From the NCBI GenBank assembly GCA_002269645.1, contig NIVC01001981.1, positions 124,001 to 188,000 of the forward strand: DNA of 64,000 nucleotides, given 5' to 3'. A model generated the notes under the pieces. It made no database searches. It saw only the letters and a list, made by a program, of their open reading frames with translations, and was not told the origin of the DNA. The stretch is from Macrostomum lignano (Eukaryota). Of this stretch, positions 17,962 through 31,900 are shown piece after piece. The translations under genes were made by a program, and so were the position numbers. Within the stretch, counting starts at the first letter, position 1. The number at the start of each line of letters is the position of its first letter.

Positions 17962-20900
17962 CACAGCGGATTGATGACTGGACTTTAGCTGCCCCTTGTG
18001 ACTTGCAGTATTTTAGTAATATTGGTCCAGCTTAGAAATTCTGAAGAAAAAAATATTTTTATAGTATGAAAATTGCACAGGAAACTGTCTTATGATATAT
18101 CTTTTTGCAAAATATAAAAAATCCCTTGATAGACCAGTTTATGATTCATTGAACACAATTCTTTAATAAGAAGAAACTTAGATATATATATTTAATTAAA
18201 TAGAAAATTTTATAGTATTTTTATTATTAGGCCTAAGCCCTAAGGTCACAAATTTTCTTTTCATTTGACAAATCTGACAAATTTGAACAATGTAATTTCT
18301 AATTTTAAAATGCATCATTGTATCTATTGTATATTAATGAATTGAATTTATATATTTATAACTTTATCAGAAAGCATAATTAAGACTAAGAGTTAGACTA
18401 GAGGTAAAATATTAATAATATATGACTAGACCCTATTTAGACAATAGAAGGTAGAGTTAGAATTTTAACCTAACTATTATTAATCATTTTGGGATAAACA
18501 TAATTAGTGTAAGAAAACCTTTTAATATAAAAAGTTAAGAGGTCTAATTATTACTATTGATGCAGTGTGCTTTGTTTTATAGTATAAGGCCTTCTAGTAT
18601 AAGTATTAACATTTGTTCACAAAACATTTCCTAGAAAGTACTGTATTTGAATTTACACAAAAAATATTTTTATGTTTGTTTAAATGTTGTGAAATCAAAT
18701 AATATTCTAGCAAATAACTTTTTGTTTTAAATATACTGTACAAGTAATATAAATAGGAGCCTAGAATGCGCCAGTGGAAATTAACTTGAAACTTCCCTGT
18801 TCACTGCAAATCGCAAGAATAATAGCCAATCTAGTTCTATAAAATCTTATTTGCAAAACTTTTAAAGACTTATTCATTTTCAAGAGTAAAGCCCCAAATT
18901 GGGAGTAGTATTGAAAAGCCCGCTAATCAGCAAGAAAGCACTTCAAGGCAGAAACATTGCTTTAGGGCAAGGAAAGAGAGCTTAAGGCTGTGACCCTCTG
19001 ATCCTAGGAATGCCCAGGACTAAGAGATAGTAGGAATAGACAGTGCCATTAGACTGCTCAGGCCAATACATGTGCAAATGCTACCATTAGATAAGTAATC
19101 ACTACCAATAGAAATAGATAGATTTGTAGTCACACTCAGCCATTTGTGCAAAAGTATATTAATTAAATTAAGTAATAAAGTGTAGGAATTAGCCCTGCAA
19201 CAGCTTTGGTGGCATTGTGAGATTATTTATAAAGACAGAAATAACCCCTATGTCACTATTGCTTAGATAAGTGAATAAAGAAATGAATGCTAATTAACAT
19301 TAATATTTGTATTTTTCTCAATTATTATTTTATGAACTATGTAAGTCCTACAATTATTGCTATCAATATATAATTTAATTTAGGAAATCTAATAGTAATA
19401 TAGTGAATAATTCATGGCTTATAATATATTCACAACCTATATTCCCAAAGATGCTATTTTTGAAGAAAATTCTCATATGCAACAAGGTCCTAGGCAGTTT
19501 AGTACTGCATGCACAATGTGCATAAAAGCATTGGCAAAGTTTTTTGGTGTGCTCCTTACAACAGCATATGCTAAACTTTTTTGGATACCACACTACTGTC
19601 TGAGTCATGCATTGTGCCACATAGGAACTTTTGGAGTCTTTACATATGACGTGGCTATGGTATTTTTTTAAGTAAGTATTTTCTAATGACACCAAAATAT
19701 ATATTGTTTTTCATTAATATAACCCTAGCCTAAGGTAAAAAATAATAACTTTATTTAGGTCACTGTGGCAGGGGGATGCCACTGAGAGATTAACTGACGA
19801 TTGAAAACTAATTTTGCAATTACATTATTTCCCGGGATTTTTGCCCTCCTAACCTGGGAACTTTGGCGTCATTTCTCTTCCTGCCCCTGGTGTTTTCTTC
19901 CTCCCGTCCCAGGTTTTGCTCTTCCTGCGGTTGCCCTTTTTGCTTGTTTTCCCACTTTTCCTGTGTTTCACGGTTGATCTATCCACTGTTTCCCTTCCCT
20001 GTTTATTGTTTTCCCACTCCTTGGTTAACCCTTCTTAATTTTTCTATATAATAACATGTGTTTTTGTGCTTGCTGAAAAACCCCTGCCTTGTGCTCTTTA
20101 ATTTTAAGTGTTTACTTATAGTAAGTTTCAGCGACAACTTATTCTCTGTTTTACGGGTGCGCTTGTGTTGTCTGATACCAATTTGGCACCCTCTACTACT
20201 CTCTAGTATATTACTTTTATAGTTTGTGCCTCTGGCACTAGCGTGACATCTACCGTTGTATAATATATTACAAAACAATTTGGCCTGCTCTGTTCTATTA
20301 AATAAACTTAAGCTAACTTCAATTTATCCATTCATTAATATTACGTTGACATTAAGCCATAGTCTATCTTGAGTCATTGCCCATGGGGTGTAAAATAACC
20401 AAAGTCTCAACTCAAAGAAAGCTCTGAGACCGATTAACGTTCCGTAATATGTAAATTACGGTTGTGGCAGCAACTACCCTACTGAAAGTAACAAGTTCAG
20501 CACTCTAGGCATCTTCTTATGGAGTCAGAAAATCTCCAGTGTTTTATCACTTGAATAACCTGGCCGCTACAAGACTGCTCGACTACGGCACAACTACCCT
20601 CCCCCCGGAATTGAGGACCCGGCAGACAGAGTATCCAAGGAGAAGACTCAGTGCATTAATTTGACAAATTTTCCAGAGTTATTTGTGTAAACTCTACGCC
20701 GGCGGAGATTCAAACAAGGAACCCGCCTCACCTTACTGGTGTCAGCAAATTTTTCAAAACCCAACCGATCCTACCAAGGAACCATTTCTCTTCTCCACCC
20801 CCACCTCATCAGTCATCACTACAAAATTTAAGGCTTTTTTAAAATTTTCATTTATCTACATTTTGTTTAAAAGTTTTGAATATATTTTCTAATATTGAGG

Positions 20901-22359
20901 ACCTAGTATAGCCTTGAGCATATATATTATAACACATTCTCCCTAGGCCTAGTCTACTTGTCTATCAGTGCACAGTAGATAGGCCTAGATTTGATCTAAC
21001 TCTCCCATGTGCAACTATGTGAGAGGATATTCTTGTATGCATAATGCATACTTAGGAGTAGAACTATGGTTTACAACAAGCTAGCCTAAGCATTAAGCAG
21101 GCTTTATAGCCTAGGTTAAATAGGTGGGATTATAGGCCTAGAGGCTAATATAGTAGATAAACTAGGACCTAGCTGCTGGCTATTTATAGTCTAACTCTAC
21201 ATTAATAAATTATATTAAAAGTTTAGATTTCAATAAATTTTCCTAAACAATCATCACAAAAACACTTCCAAATATTTAGTACTTGACTAGGCTATTTTGT
21301 TTAGGCTTTGAGTTAAACTTTAAAAAATATTGAGTTATAAAAAAGTATATTTACTTAACTGTAAATAAACTATTTTTTACAGATAGGGAGATAGGCCACA
21401 TAGGTGACAGCCTGATAGGAGTCATGAAGGATAGACATTGGCATATGCTGATATGTGGAAAATTTCTAGGCCTAGCATAAAATGATTTGGGTTTGCCAGT
21501 TTGGCAATTAGAAGATGGCTTTCGGCAACTTTAGTTAATTTAATATATTTCTACTAGCATTATATTGGCCATAACTTCCATAAGAAGGAATAAGAAGCTT
21601 TGCGGCATACATTGGCATAGAATTTTGATAAATGTTCAGAGCCAGGCCAGGGCAGGCTAGGCATATCGCATATGACAATGTGATGTGATCCTATCCCACT
21701 TATTGTATTGAGTATGGCAGATGAGATAGGCCTAGCCGCCAAAAATGTAATGCAAACGACTTACAAATAGCCTACGTCTTAAAAAATATAGTCTGTGTAG
21801 TCGTACTAACTCAAAAATTCCTCAGAAATGAGTCATACTGTCGTATACTGATAAGCATAAGTCAATTACATAAAAGAAGATTAATCCAAAATAGTTAATA
21901 GCTTAAACGTTCTGAAACACGCAGAGCTAAAAAAATAGATAAATTTTTAAATATTGCTTTCAAATACAGTAGTTTAATTTAAAAATGAAATTTACTCGTA
22001 AAAGACTTGATTATTTTATTCCAAAATATGAAGATTTTCTACTTATTTCGCTTAAACTTAGCTTTCCACGATATTAGTTTTTTTAATGATATTTATTTTC
22101 ATTTTACTAAACATTTTCATTCCTACTTAATACGTATCAATAACTTATCAACTACGTTTCTTTCATTTTCTCTAGCCGCTTCAGTATCTTCAGCAAATAT
22201 CGTACCATAATTGCATGAATATCGCTCCTAGAATTATTAATGCAGCATACTTGTACTTTCTTGACAGTCGTCAATTGGAACTGACCGACTTTCACCAAAA
22301 CTGAAAGCAGGTTCACATTGTTGCCAGTAGCTCCGCCAGTCACAGATCAAATCAATATT

Positions 22360-22524
22360 TTGCCCCCCCCCCCTTAGGCGGAGACGCAAAAACAATCACA
22401 GGGGGACCAAGCGGATTTTCGCCAAAAAACAGAGCCACCCTCCGCCGGGAGTCCGCCCCCCCTCCCGGGACTTTACCCTCCAGAATCCGCCCCCCCCCTC
22501 AAAAAATTTCTGGTTGCGCTACTG
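22360..22524. mobile_element. One end of a hAT-like MITE (...CCCCCCCTCAAAAAATTTCTGGTTGCGCTACTG)
   Basis: Reverse complement reads CAGTAGCG...TTTTTTGAGGGGG, the same end layout as the other CAG-terminated elements here; no matching TSD found. Confidence 0.45.
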
Positions 22525-22688
22525 CCTTTGAACTGCCCCGACTGAACGCTACATTTAAATTAACCACGGCTACTTATTATTTCATAATAAAATTACGAAG
22601 ACAAAAAGAATGAATAATTTCAAACAAAATTGACACGTTACACACTAGTTATGGTTGACTTCAACGTCTGATACAATTACTTTTAATT

Positions 22689-22694
22689 TTTATT
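22689..22694 (-). promoter_or_regulatory. Candidate polyadenylation signal (AATAAA) for CTR9
   Basis: About 270 nt downstream of the CTR9 stop on the minus strand. Confidence 0.45.
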
Positions 22695-22962
22695 TTAATA
22701 CATGACCGTTTCGCAGTTGACGCAATCACTTCGCAATTTTTTTAAACACGACAATGAGTTCAAAATTTGTATTCAAGATACGCACTTGGGTATATTGTTT
22801 GTTATTAATTATTAAGAACAAATGTCAATGAACAAGCAAAACCAGTGACCACGACCCATCGAAACACGAACGCAGTCAAATTAATAAAAACCCCATTATT
22901 ACAACTAAGATGTAAAAGTACACCGAAACACTGTCGACATCGAGACACTGGAAATAAAGTAT

Positions 22963-25900
22963 TCAGTCCGAGTCCGAACCCGATGAGATTTTCGGCACCG
23001 CCACCTCGGCGTCCTCGTCATCATCGTCGTCGCTGGACAGCACCGCGGCGCGTCGTTTTGTCGGCGACACGTTAGCGGCACCCGCGGCGGTGATGGCGGC
23101 AGAATCGGCATCAGTAGCGGGTGCCACCGACGCCTCTTCGTCCGACTCGGAGCCGGATGACAGCAGCTTCGAGCGCTGGACTCGAGACGCGACGCCCGTG
23201 TCCGAATCAGAGTCCGAGCCACGACCTCGGCCGCCGCGGCCAGCTCCGGAATCGTCGCCGCTAGACGAACCGCCCGAGGACGAGTCGCCGCCACCGCCAC
23301 CACCACCGCCGAAGATGCTGGCGGCTGTGCGAGCGGCCTCAGACGACATTTTCGATTTGCGTTTGTTGCGCTTCTGCTGCTTGACCCTGGCTTTGGCCTT
23401 GGCTTTGGACGACTTCTGCTGACGCTGCCGTTTGGCAGAGGACTCTGTGGTCACCTTGGACTGCCTGCAGAGGAAATGCGCCGGCACAGTGGCATCTGGC
23501 TATGTTAGTCTCTTCAGACCAGGGCTCGGCAAACTCCAACCCGCGAAGCCTATTTTTATCCGGCCCTCGGGTGCTTTGAAACTTCACAATAGCCATTCGG
23601 CATTGTCTCTTCTCAGCTCTCTTCAGACTCCTCTCCTCCCCCTCGTATTCCCTCTCCCCTCCTCTTCTCTTCTCTCCTCTTCTATGTCCCCTCTTCTCCC
23701 CCTCTCCCCTCCTCCCCCCCTCTCTCTCCTCTCCCTTCCTCTCCTCTCCCATCGTCTCCACTCTCCTCTCTCTAGACTACACTCTAGCGCTAGATTCTAC
23801 GAGTGTATCTAGCCCTTAAGTTTAAAATAGTGTGCCGACTACTGGTTCAGACGGTTAAAAACACATTTAGTATACCAACATAAACTACGACTCTCTCAAT
23901 GTCATGCAGACTGCTTACATGCGGCAATGCCTACTCTCACCAAATTAATCTCTATATAGTTACTAGTGTACAGCGAACAAAACAAAATATCGCGCCAATT
24001 CGTTACAGCACCCGGGTTCGATTCCCTACGCAATCATCAATAATTGTTGGCTCGTGCAAAAACTGCTGACCCGGGGCAGGTGCAATTCACTTGTCACTTG
24101 CCTAACAATGAGAATATCAGGGCCGCTGTGCACCCTGCGTGAGAGTGGGCCTGCCTACGCCGCAAAACTGCTTGCCTCATCGGTGGCTGCGAGTGGACTG
24201 TCACCTTTGCACCAGTTGTCCCGAGCCCCCCATGACAGCAAATCAACAAACCTGCGCTTCCGCTTGCGACTCGCCGCACCGCCGCTGCTTCCGTCGTCGT
24301 CGTCAGACAGATCTGAGGACGAGGAACCTGACGAATCCAGCGTCGGGACGGTCCTCGGCGGCGCGGCTGGCGGCGATGACTTCTTCGACTTGCCGCCGCC
24401 GTCGCCGCCCTCCTGACCATCCTCTTCGCCAGACGAGGACGAAGACGACGAGCTGCCGCTGCTGCTGCTGACGAAGGCGCGCGATTTGACGTTCTCGCGC
24501 TGCCGCTTCGTCAGGCCGTCCTCGTCGTCGGCGGCGTTGGCCGAGGCGGCCTGTTGGCGACGCCGCTGCTTCGACTCGCCGCCGCCGCCGCGTCGACGCT
24601 TCCGCTTGCCGCCGCCCTCTTCGTCGCCGCTGAGGTCGGCGGCAGCGGCGGAGCGTCGGCCACCTTTGCCGGAGCTGCTCGGAGGCTCCGCCATGTGCAC
24701 CAGCGGCTCCTCCAGCAGCTTGCGATTCCGCTCTAGCACCAGCCGGCGGGCCTCACGGATGGCCTGCTCGCGCTCAGCCTCGCGCTGTCGCCGCTCCTCG
24801 GCCTCGCGCATCTCCTGTTCGCGCATAGCGGCCACCTTGGCCGCCTGCTCCTCCCTAGCCGCCCGTTCCCGCTCGTCCAGCAGGCGCGCCCGACGGACGT
24901 GATAATCGGCCTGGCGCAGCAGGTCCGCGCAGGCCACCGACTCGCGACCGGCGCCTGGGAAACTGACGCCGCCGCTGCTGGTGCCGCTAGCGGCCGCCTC
25001 GGCCAGCCAACGGAACGAGCGCTGGGCCAACTTGAGATCCTCAACGGCGGTTTGCACCTGGGCAGGTGATAGCGCGAATTCGCAATAATACTACTGATCT
25101 CAGAAGTAGAAAAACTCATTTGCTAATAAAAATTAAAATATAGTAAACTATATCTGTCAATGGCTTCCTCAAAAGGCTCATTGGCTTTACAATTGGCAAA
25201 TCAGCAGTGGCGTATAAAAGGATTTTTTGGAGGGGGGTGCAACCCTAAGGAGCGGAAATATTTGGTCATAGTGGGCACCCCTGTCTCTTGCTGGGCGCCC
25301 TGTCTCCGGGTGGGCGCCCTGTCTCTCGGGTGAGCGCCCCTGTCTCTTGGTGGGCGCCCCTGTCTCTCGGGTGAGCGCCCCCGTCTCTCAGGTGGGTGCC
25401 CACGTCTCTCAGGTGGGCGCCCTGTCTCTCGGGTGAGCGCCCCTGTCTCTTGGGTGAGCGCCCCTGTCTCTCGGGTGAGCGCCCTGTCTCTCGGGTGAGC
25501 GCCCTGTCTCTCGGGTGAGCGCCCTGTCTCTTGGGTGAGCGCCCCTGTCTCTCGGGTGAGCGCCCTGTCTCTCGGGTGAGCGCCCCTGTCTCTTGGGTAA
25601 GCGCCCCTGTCTCTCTTGGTGGGCGCCCCTGTCTCTCGGGTGAGCGCCCCCGTCTCTCGGGTGGGCGCCCCTGTCTCTCGGGTGAGCGCCCCTGTCTCTC
25701 TTGGTGGGCGCCCCTGTCTCTCGGGTGAGCGCCCCCGTCTCTCGGGTGGGCGCCCCTGTCTCTCGGGTAGGCGCCCCTGTCTCTCGCGTGAGCGCCCCTG
25801 TCTCTCTTGGTGGGCGCCCCTGTCTCTTTTGGTGAGCGCCCCTGTCTCTCAGGTGGGCGCCCTGTCTTTCGGGTGAGCGCCCCTGTCTCTCGGGTGGGCG

Positions 25901-28900
25901 CCCCCGTTTCTCGGGTGAGCGCCCCTGTCTCTCGGGTGAGCGCCCCCGTCTCTCGGGTGAGCGCCCTGTCTCTCGGGTGAGCGCCCCTGTCTCTCGGGTG
26001 AGCGCCCCCGTCTCTCGGGTGGGCGCCCCTGTCCCTGTCTTCTATGCCGGTGGATGCATAGAAGAGATAGCAAAAGTTGAGCACCTGTCATTCGTCCACC
26101 CCCTCTGCGTACGCGGCTCACCTGAGCATACGAACTCTTCTCGTCCTGCAGAGTGACAGAGGCCAGCCGCTGCTGCACCAGAGCCAAATTATAGATCACG
26201 GTGTGGTCGGCAGGATGGGCGTGCCTGGCCCTGAGCAGCACAGTTCGGCACTGGCGCAGCTGGCCGGACTTGAAGTACGCCCTGGCTAGGTACTGCAACA
26301 GTTCCAGATTGTTGTGCCGGTGAAACTTTTTCATACAATTCTCGTACATTTGCACGGCCGCCACAAATGATTTCTGTTCGACGTGAATGTGCGCGATGTT
26401 GATCCACACGTCTGCAAAGTCCGCGGTGGCTTCCCGAACCTGCGGACAGGAGTTCAATAGAACTTATACAGATTTTTAACTAGCTTTAATTTTTAGTCCT
26501 AGTTAAATAAAGCTCACTCTGCGTCAATTTAGTTCACTCCAAACTCAATCTAGCTCACGCTAATTGAATCTAGTTCACTCTAATTGAATCTAGTTCACTC
26601 TAACTGAATCTAGTTCACTCTAACTGAATCTAGTTCACTCTAATTGAATCTAGTTCACTCCAATCGAATCTAGTTCACTCTAACTGAATCTAGTTCACTC
26701 TAACTGAATCTAGTTCACTCCAACTGAATCTAGTTCACTCTAACTGAATCTAGTTCACACTAATTGAATCTAGTTCACTCTAACTGAATCTAGTTCACTC
26801 TAATTGAATATAGTTCACTCCAATCGAATCTAGTTCACTCTAACTGAATATAGTTCACTCTAACTGAATCTAGTTCACTCTAATTGAATCTAGTTCACTC
26901 TAACTGAATCTAGTTCACTCTAACTGAATCTAGTTCACTCTAACTGAATCTAGTTCACTCTAACTGAATCTAGTTCACACTAATTGAATCTAGTTCACTC
27001 TAATTGAATCTAGTTCATTCTAAACTCAATCTAGTTCACTTCGAATTCAATCCACTTCTCTTTAAGTCACCTCACGATGGTGCTAACGCACTTTTACATG
27101 CTTGCAGTTTACTCACATTTAGCTTAGCAAACTTTCTCTCAACCCAATGCATAATTTAGAGAATAATTTATCGAATATATTACAGAAGTCAGCCTTAGGC
27201 CCTAGTTACCTACTAACAGCTCACCTGAGCAAACACGTCCCTAGCCTCGTTGATATAGCCCTTATGCGCCAGCACGCAACCGATGCCGTGGGCGGCCCAG
27301 ATATTTCTCGGATCCTGTCTGAGCACAGATTTGTACATGCTCAGCGCCCGCTCCTGGTGCCGGCGCTCTTTGTCTTTGTCGCGAGCCATCTGATGATGCA
27401 GCGTCTGCAGCCAGATGTTTCCAAGGGCAACGTGAGCGTAGGCGTCGTTAGTGTGCGCCGGCTGTTGAATAATGCGCTCGAATTTTTTCTGAGCCGGGCC
27501 GTACTCGTGCTTGCTCATGTGCAGCATGCCGATTAAGGTCCAGGCGTCCGGGTGCTCCTGGTCCACCTGGCGATTGGGTGCCGATATGTATCGAAATTTA
27601 ATGTTGTAATTAGTGAAGTGGGAAATCGTTTATACACTGTCTGATCTAAGAATATACATGCTCTGATCGATATGCATCGAAAAAAATAATAAGTACATCT
27701 AAAACAAGATTTTCCAGAGCCCGCCATTATCGAGAGATTATGCCGATATGTATTGAAATAGTTCATATGTTTGCGAGATTTCTATATTTAGCTGATATGT
27801 ACCCCTAAGCCTAAAATTTACCTTAGATGCTGCATGACCTGTTTTGCCGATATGTATCGAAATCCTAATAACTTTACATCCAACCCCAAATTGGCAGCAA
27901 ATCTTACATTAAGCGCATCCTTGAACCAATCCGATGCGCTGTAGATCTGGCCTCGATCTCTGGCCATGCAGCCAAGCCTCAGGTAGCAATCGGCATAATT
28001 GGTGTGCTCCCTAAGCACGGATTTGTACAGTAGCTCGGCTTTGTCGTGCTCAAACACAGTCTCGTATAGGCGGGCCAAATTGTACCGAACCGTGACAGTG
28101 ATGGAGCCGTAGTAGCGCTCGTCTGTCTGTCGCTCCCGTTCGCAGTAGGCCAAAGCCTGCGGGCATCATGGGTTGCACTCACGATTGAGCTGGTCTGGAC
28201 ATCTGGGCAGCATCAGAAATTAACTTAACACCTGGCAATCTGGGACTGGGAGGGTAGCAACCCAAAACACCTGAGGAGCTGACAGGGTGGCAACCAAGCA
28301 ACACAAAACACCCGAGGTGGCAACCAAGCAGCCCAAAACACCTGAGGAGCTGACAGGGTGGCAACCAAGCAACCCAAAACACCTGAGGAGCTGACAGGGT
28401 GGCAACCAAGCAACCCAAAACACCTGAGCAGCTGACAGGGTGGCAACCAAGCAACCCAAAACACCCGAGGTGGCAACCAAGCAACCCCAAACACCTGAGC
28501 AGCTGACAGGGTGGCAACCAAGCAATCCAAAACACCTGAGGATCTGACAGGCCTAGAACATAGACTGTAATAGTACGATTCCAACCTGTTGGTAGCACTG
28601 TATAGCCTCCTGATGACTGCCATTCTGGAAGAGCAGAGAAGCCATATTATTGAGTATCTCAGGCGGCAGATCCACCTGCACCTGCTCCTGCAGCAGTTTC
28701 ACGGCAGTCTTGTAGGCAGCGAGAGCCTCCTGCGGTTGAGGCTGCTCAAGAATCTGGCCATACTCAATCCAGGCTTCCACATCGTCAGGAAACTGATCCG
28801 TAACCTGCTTGAGGTAGTTCCTAGCCAATGTTCGCTTAGCCTGATCCTTGCTCTGACTGTAGATGCTGCCAAGAATTTTCAGCGTCTCATAGTTGCTAGG

Positions 28901-31900
28901 CGACGCTTTGAGCACTTTTTCAAATGCAAGAGCGGCATTGTCCTGATCCCGACGGTACAGGTACATTTGGCCAAGGCCGAAGAATGGCAGAATGAAGGTT
29001 GGGGACGCGAACTGGGTGCTCTGATAGTAGTATTGAAAGGCCTGGTCAAAGTCGCCCTGTACGTGGTAGGCTCTGGAGTAGTTGGTGGGTTGTTTTGTAT
29101 TGAAATACACTTTTTATTGTCATCGATTTTTTTTAAATGAGGATCATTATTTAACAACCTAATGATCCCAAAATGAGAATTTCATTTAGGCATAAGTTTA
29201 TTTCGAGATGGGGATCAAACCAATAAGCGTCGAAGTTATCCCAAAATGAGGATCATTAACTGACCATCGATTTTATCCCCCAAAATGAGGATCATTAACT
29301 GACCATCGATTTTATCCCCCAAAATGAGGATCATTAACTGAGCATCGATTTTATCCCCCAAAATGAGGATCATTAACTGAGCATCGATTTTATCCCCCAA
29401 AATGAGGATCATTAACTGACCATCGATTTTATCCCCCAAAATGAGGATCATTAACTGAGCATCGATTTTATCCCCAAAATGAGGATCATTAACTGAGCAT
29501 CGATTTTATCCCCCAAAATGAGGATCATTAACTGAGCATCGATTTTATCCCCAAAATGAGGATCATTAACTGAGCATCGATTTTATCCCCAAAATGAGGA
29601 CCATTAACTGAGCATCGATTTTATCCCCCAAAATGAGGATCATTAACTGACCATCGATTTTATCCCCCAAAATGAGGATCATTAACTGAGCATCGATTTT
29701 ATCCCCCAAAATGAGGATCATTAACTGAGCATTGATTTTATCCCAAAATGAGGATCATTAACTGACCATCGATTTTATCCCAAAATGAGGATCATTAACT
29801 GAGCATCGATTTTTATCCCAAAATGAGGATCATTAACTGAGCATCGATTTTTATCCCAAAATGAGGATCATTAACTGAGCATTGAATTTGCCCCAACCTG
29901 GCCAGCTGGAAGCAGCTCTCAGCTCGCATAGCCTCATTATCGGTGTTGTGAAAGGCGTGCAAAGCGAGGCTCTGCACCTTGGCGTACTCCTTCTTGTAGA
30001 AGAAATGATTAGCCAGGTGGTTCAGCACCATGCTGTTGGTGGGGTCGATCCGATAGGCTCTGGACAGGTGCTCCACGCCTTTGCGAATCGATTCGGGCGA
30101 CTTCTCATTCAACTCGGTGATGGCCACGCCGACAAGGGCGCCCACGCAGTCCGGATCGAGCGACAGGGCGCGCTGGAAGGCGGCTTTGGCGCGGTCGGTT
30201 TTGCCCAGGCGGGCGTAGCAGTGGCCGAGGCCCAGGCGGACATCGGCTGGACAGGTGGGGCACACCTGGGCGGAAGGGGATTGGGGAGTTTATATGTAGC
30301 TAATGTATAAATATTTCAGCCTGTGAGTTTATCAGTCTATCAAATCTGTGATCAACCTATCAATCCATCAACTTGCGAATCCATCAATTTATCAACCTGT
30401 GAGTCTATCAATCTATTAACATGTGAGTCAATCAATCTATCAACCTGTGTCTATCAGTGTATCAACCTGTGAGTCTATCAATCAATTAACATGTGAGTCT
30501 ATCAATCTATCAACCTGTGTCTATCAGTGTATCAACCTGTGAGTCTATCAATCAATTAACATGTGAGGCTATCAATCTATCAATTTGCAAGTCCATCAAT
30601 CTATCAATTTGCAAGTCCATCAATCTATCAACTTGTGAGTCTATTAGTCTATTAATCTATAGATTCAGTCTATCAATTCTCAAAATTTTAGTTTTCGAAA
30701 ACTCGAGAACTGAGCTCAGTCCATCCAGCCTCACCTGCAGCGCCTTGGTGTACAGACCCAAGGCCTCCTTATACCGACGCTGATTAAAGGCGATGCAAGC
30801 TTCGCCAAGAATAGCCGGGACATTGTCAGACACCTGGTTGAGCACGTATTTAAACTGCTGCTCAGCTTGGCTAACATTCTCACCCTCGTACAGAAAAAAG
30901 AATGCCCGACCGAACAGATGCCGAACGTCCATCATGTTGATGCGATCGGCGCTTGTGTAGAGCACAGTGGCCTGTTGTTATGGGGTGGGAAATATTTAAC
31001 ACGAGATAAAAGGTATATTTAGTAGATAACACTATCAACATAATAGCTACTTATGTTTAGAAGTTCACACGTCTGATTCCATCACTGCCTAACACATTTA
31101 CCCTGTTCAGCAGATCACATATTTGTTTAATACATTAACAAATCTAAATAGTCAAGTCTAACAGGTTTTGTATAACTATATTTAACAGTTCAAGCAGTTG
31201 CCTAAAAGATCACAACCCATATCTAACAGAACAAACGTCCCCGTATCTAACAGGTTAAATCCTCATATATAACAGGACACACACCATATCTAACAGGACA
31301 CACTCCCATCTCTAACAGGACACACTCCCATCTCTAACAGGACACACCATATCTAACAGGACACACACCATATCTAACAGGACACACTCCCATCTCTAAC
31401 AGGACACACCATATCTAACAGGACACACTCCCATCTCTAACAGGACACACTCCCATCTCTAACAGGACACACCATATCTAACAGGACACACTCCCATCTC
31501 TAACAGGACACACTCCCATCTCTAACAGGACACACTCCCATCTCTAACAGGACACACCATATCTAACAGGACACACTCCCATCTCTAACAGGACACACAC
31601 CATATCTAACAGGAGACACACCATATCTAACAGGACACACATCCATATCTAACAGGACACACATCCATATCTAACAGATCCATATCTAACAGGTCACGAA
31701 ACCAATATCTAACAGGTCACGAAACCAATATCTAACAGGTCACGAAACCAATATCTAACAGGTCACGAACCAATATCTAACAGGTCACGAAACCAATATC
31801 CAACAGGTTACGAAACCAACATCTAACAGGTCACGAACCAATATCTAACAGGTCACGAAACCAATATCCAACAGGTTACGAAACCAACATCTAACAGGTC

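Noticed and set aside
19764-20350. Possible solo LTR (TGTGGCAG...GTGACA / GTTGACA, AATAAA)
   Set aside because: No matching TSD for any pair of ends tried.
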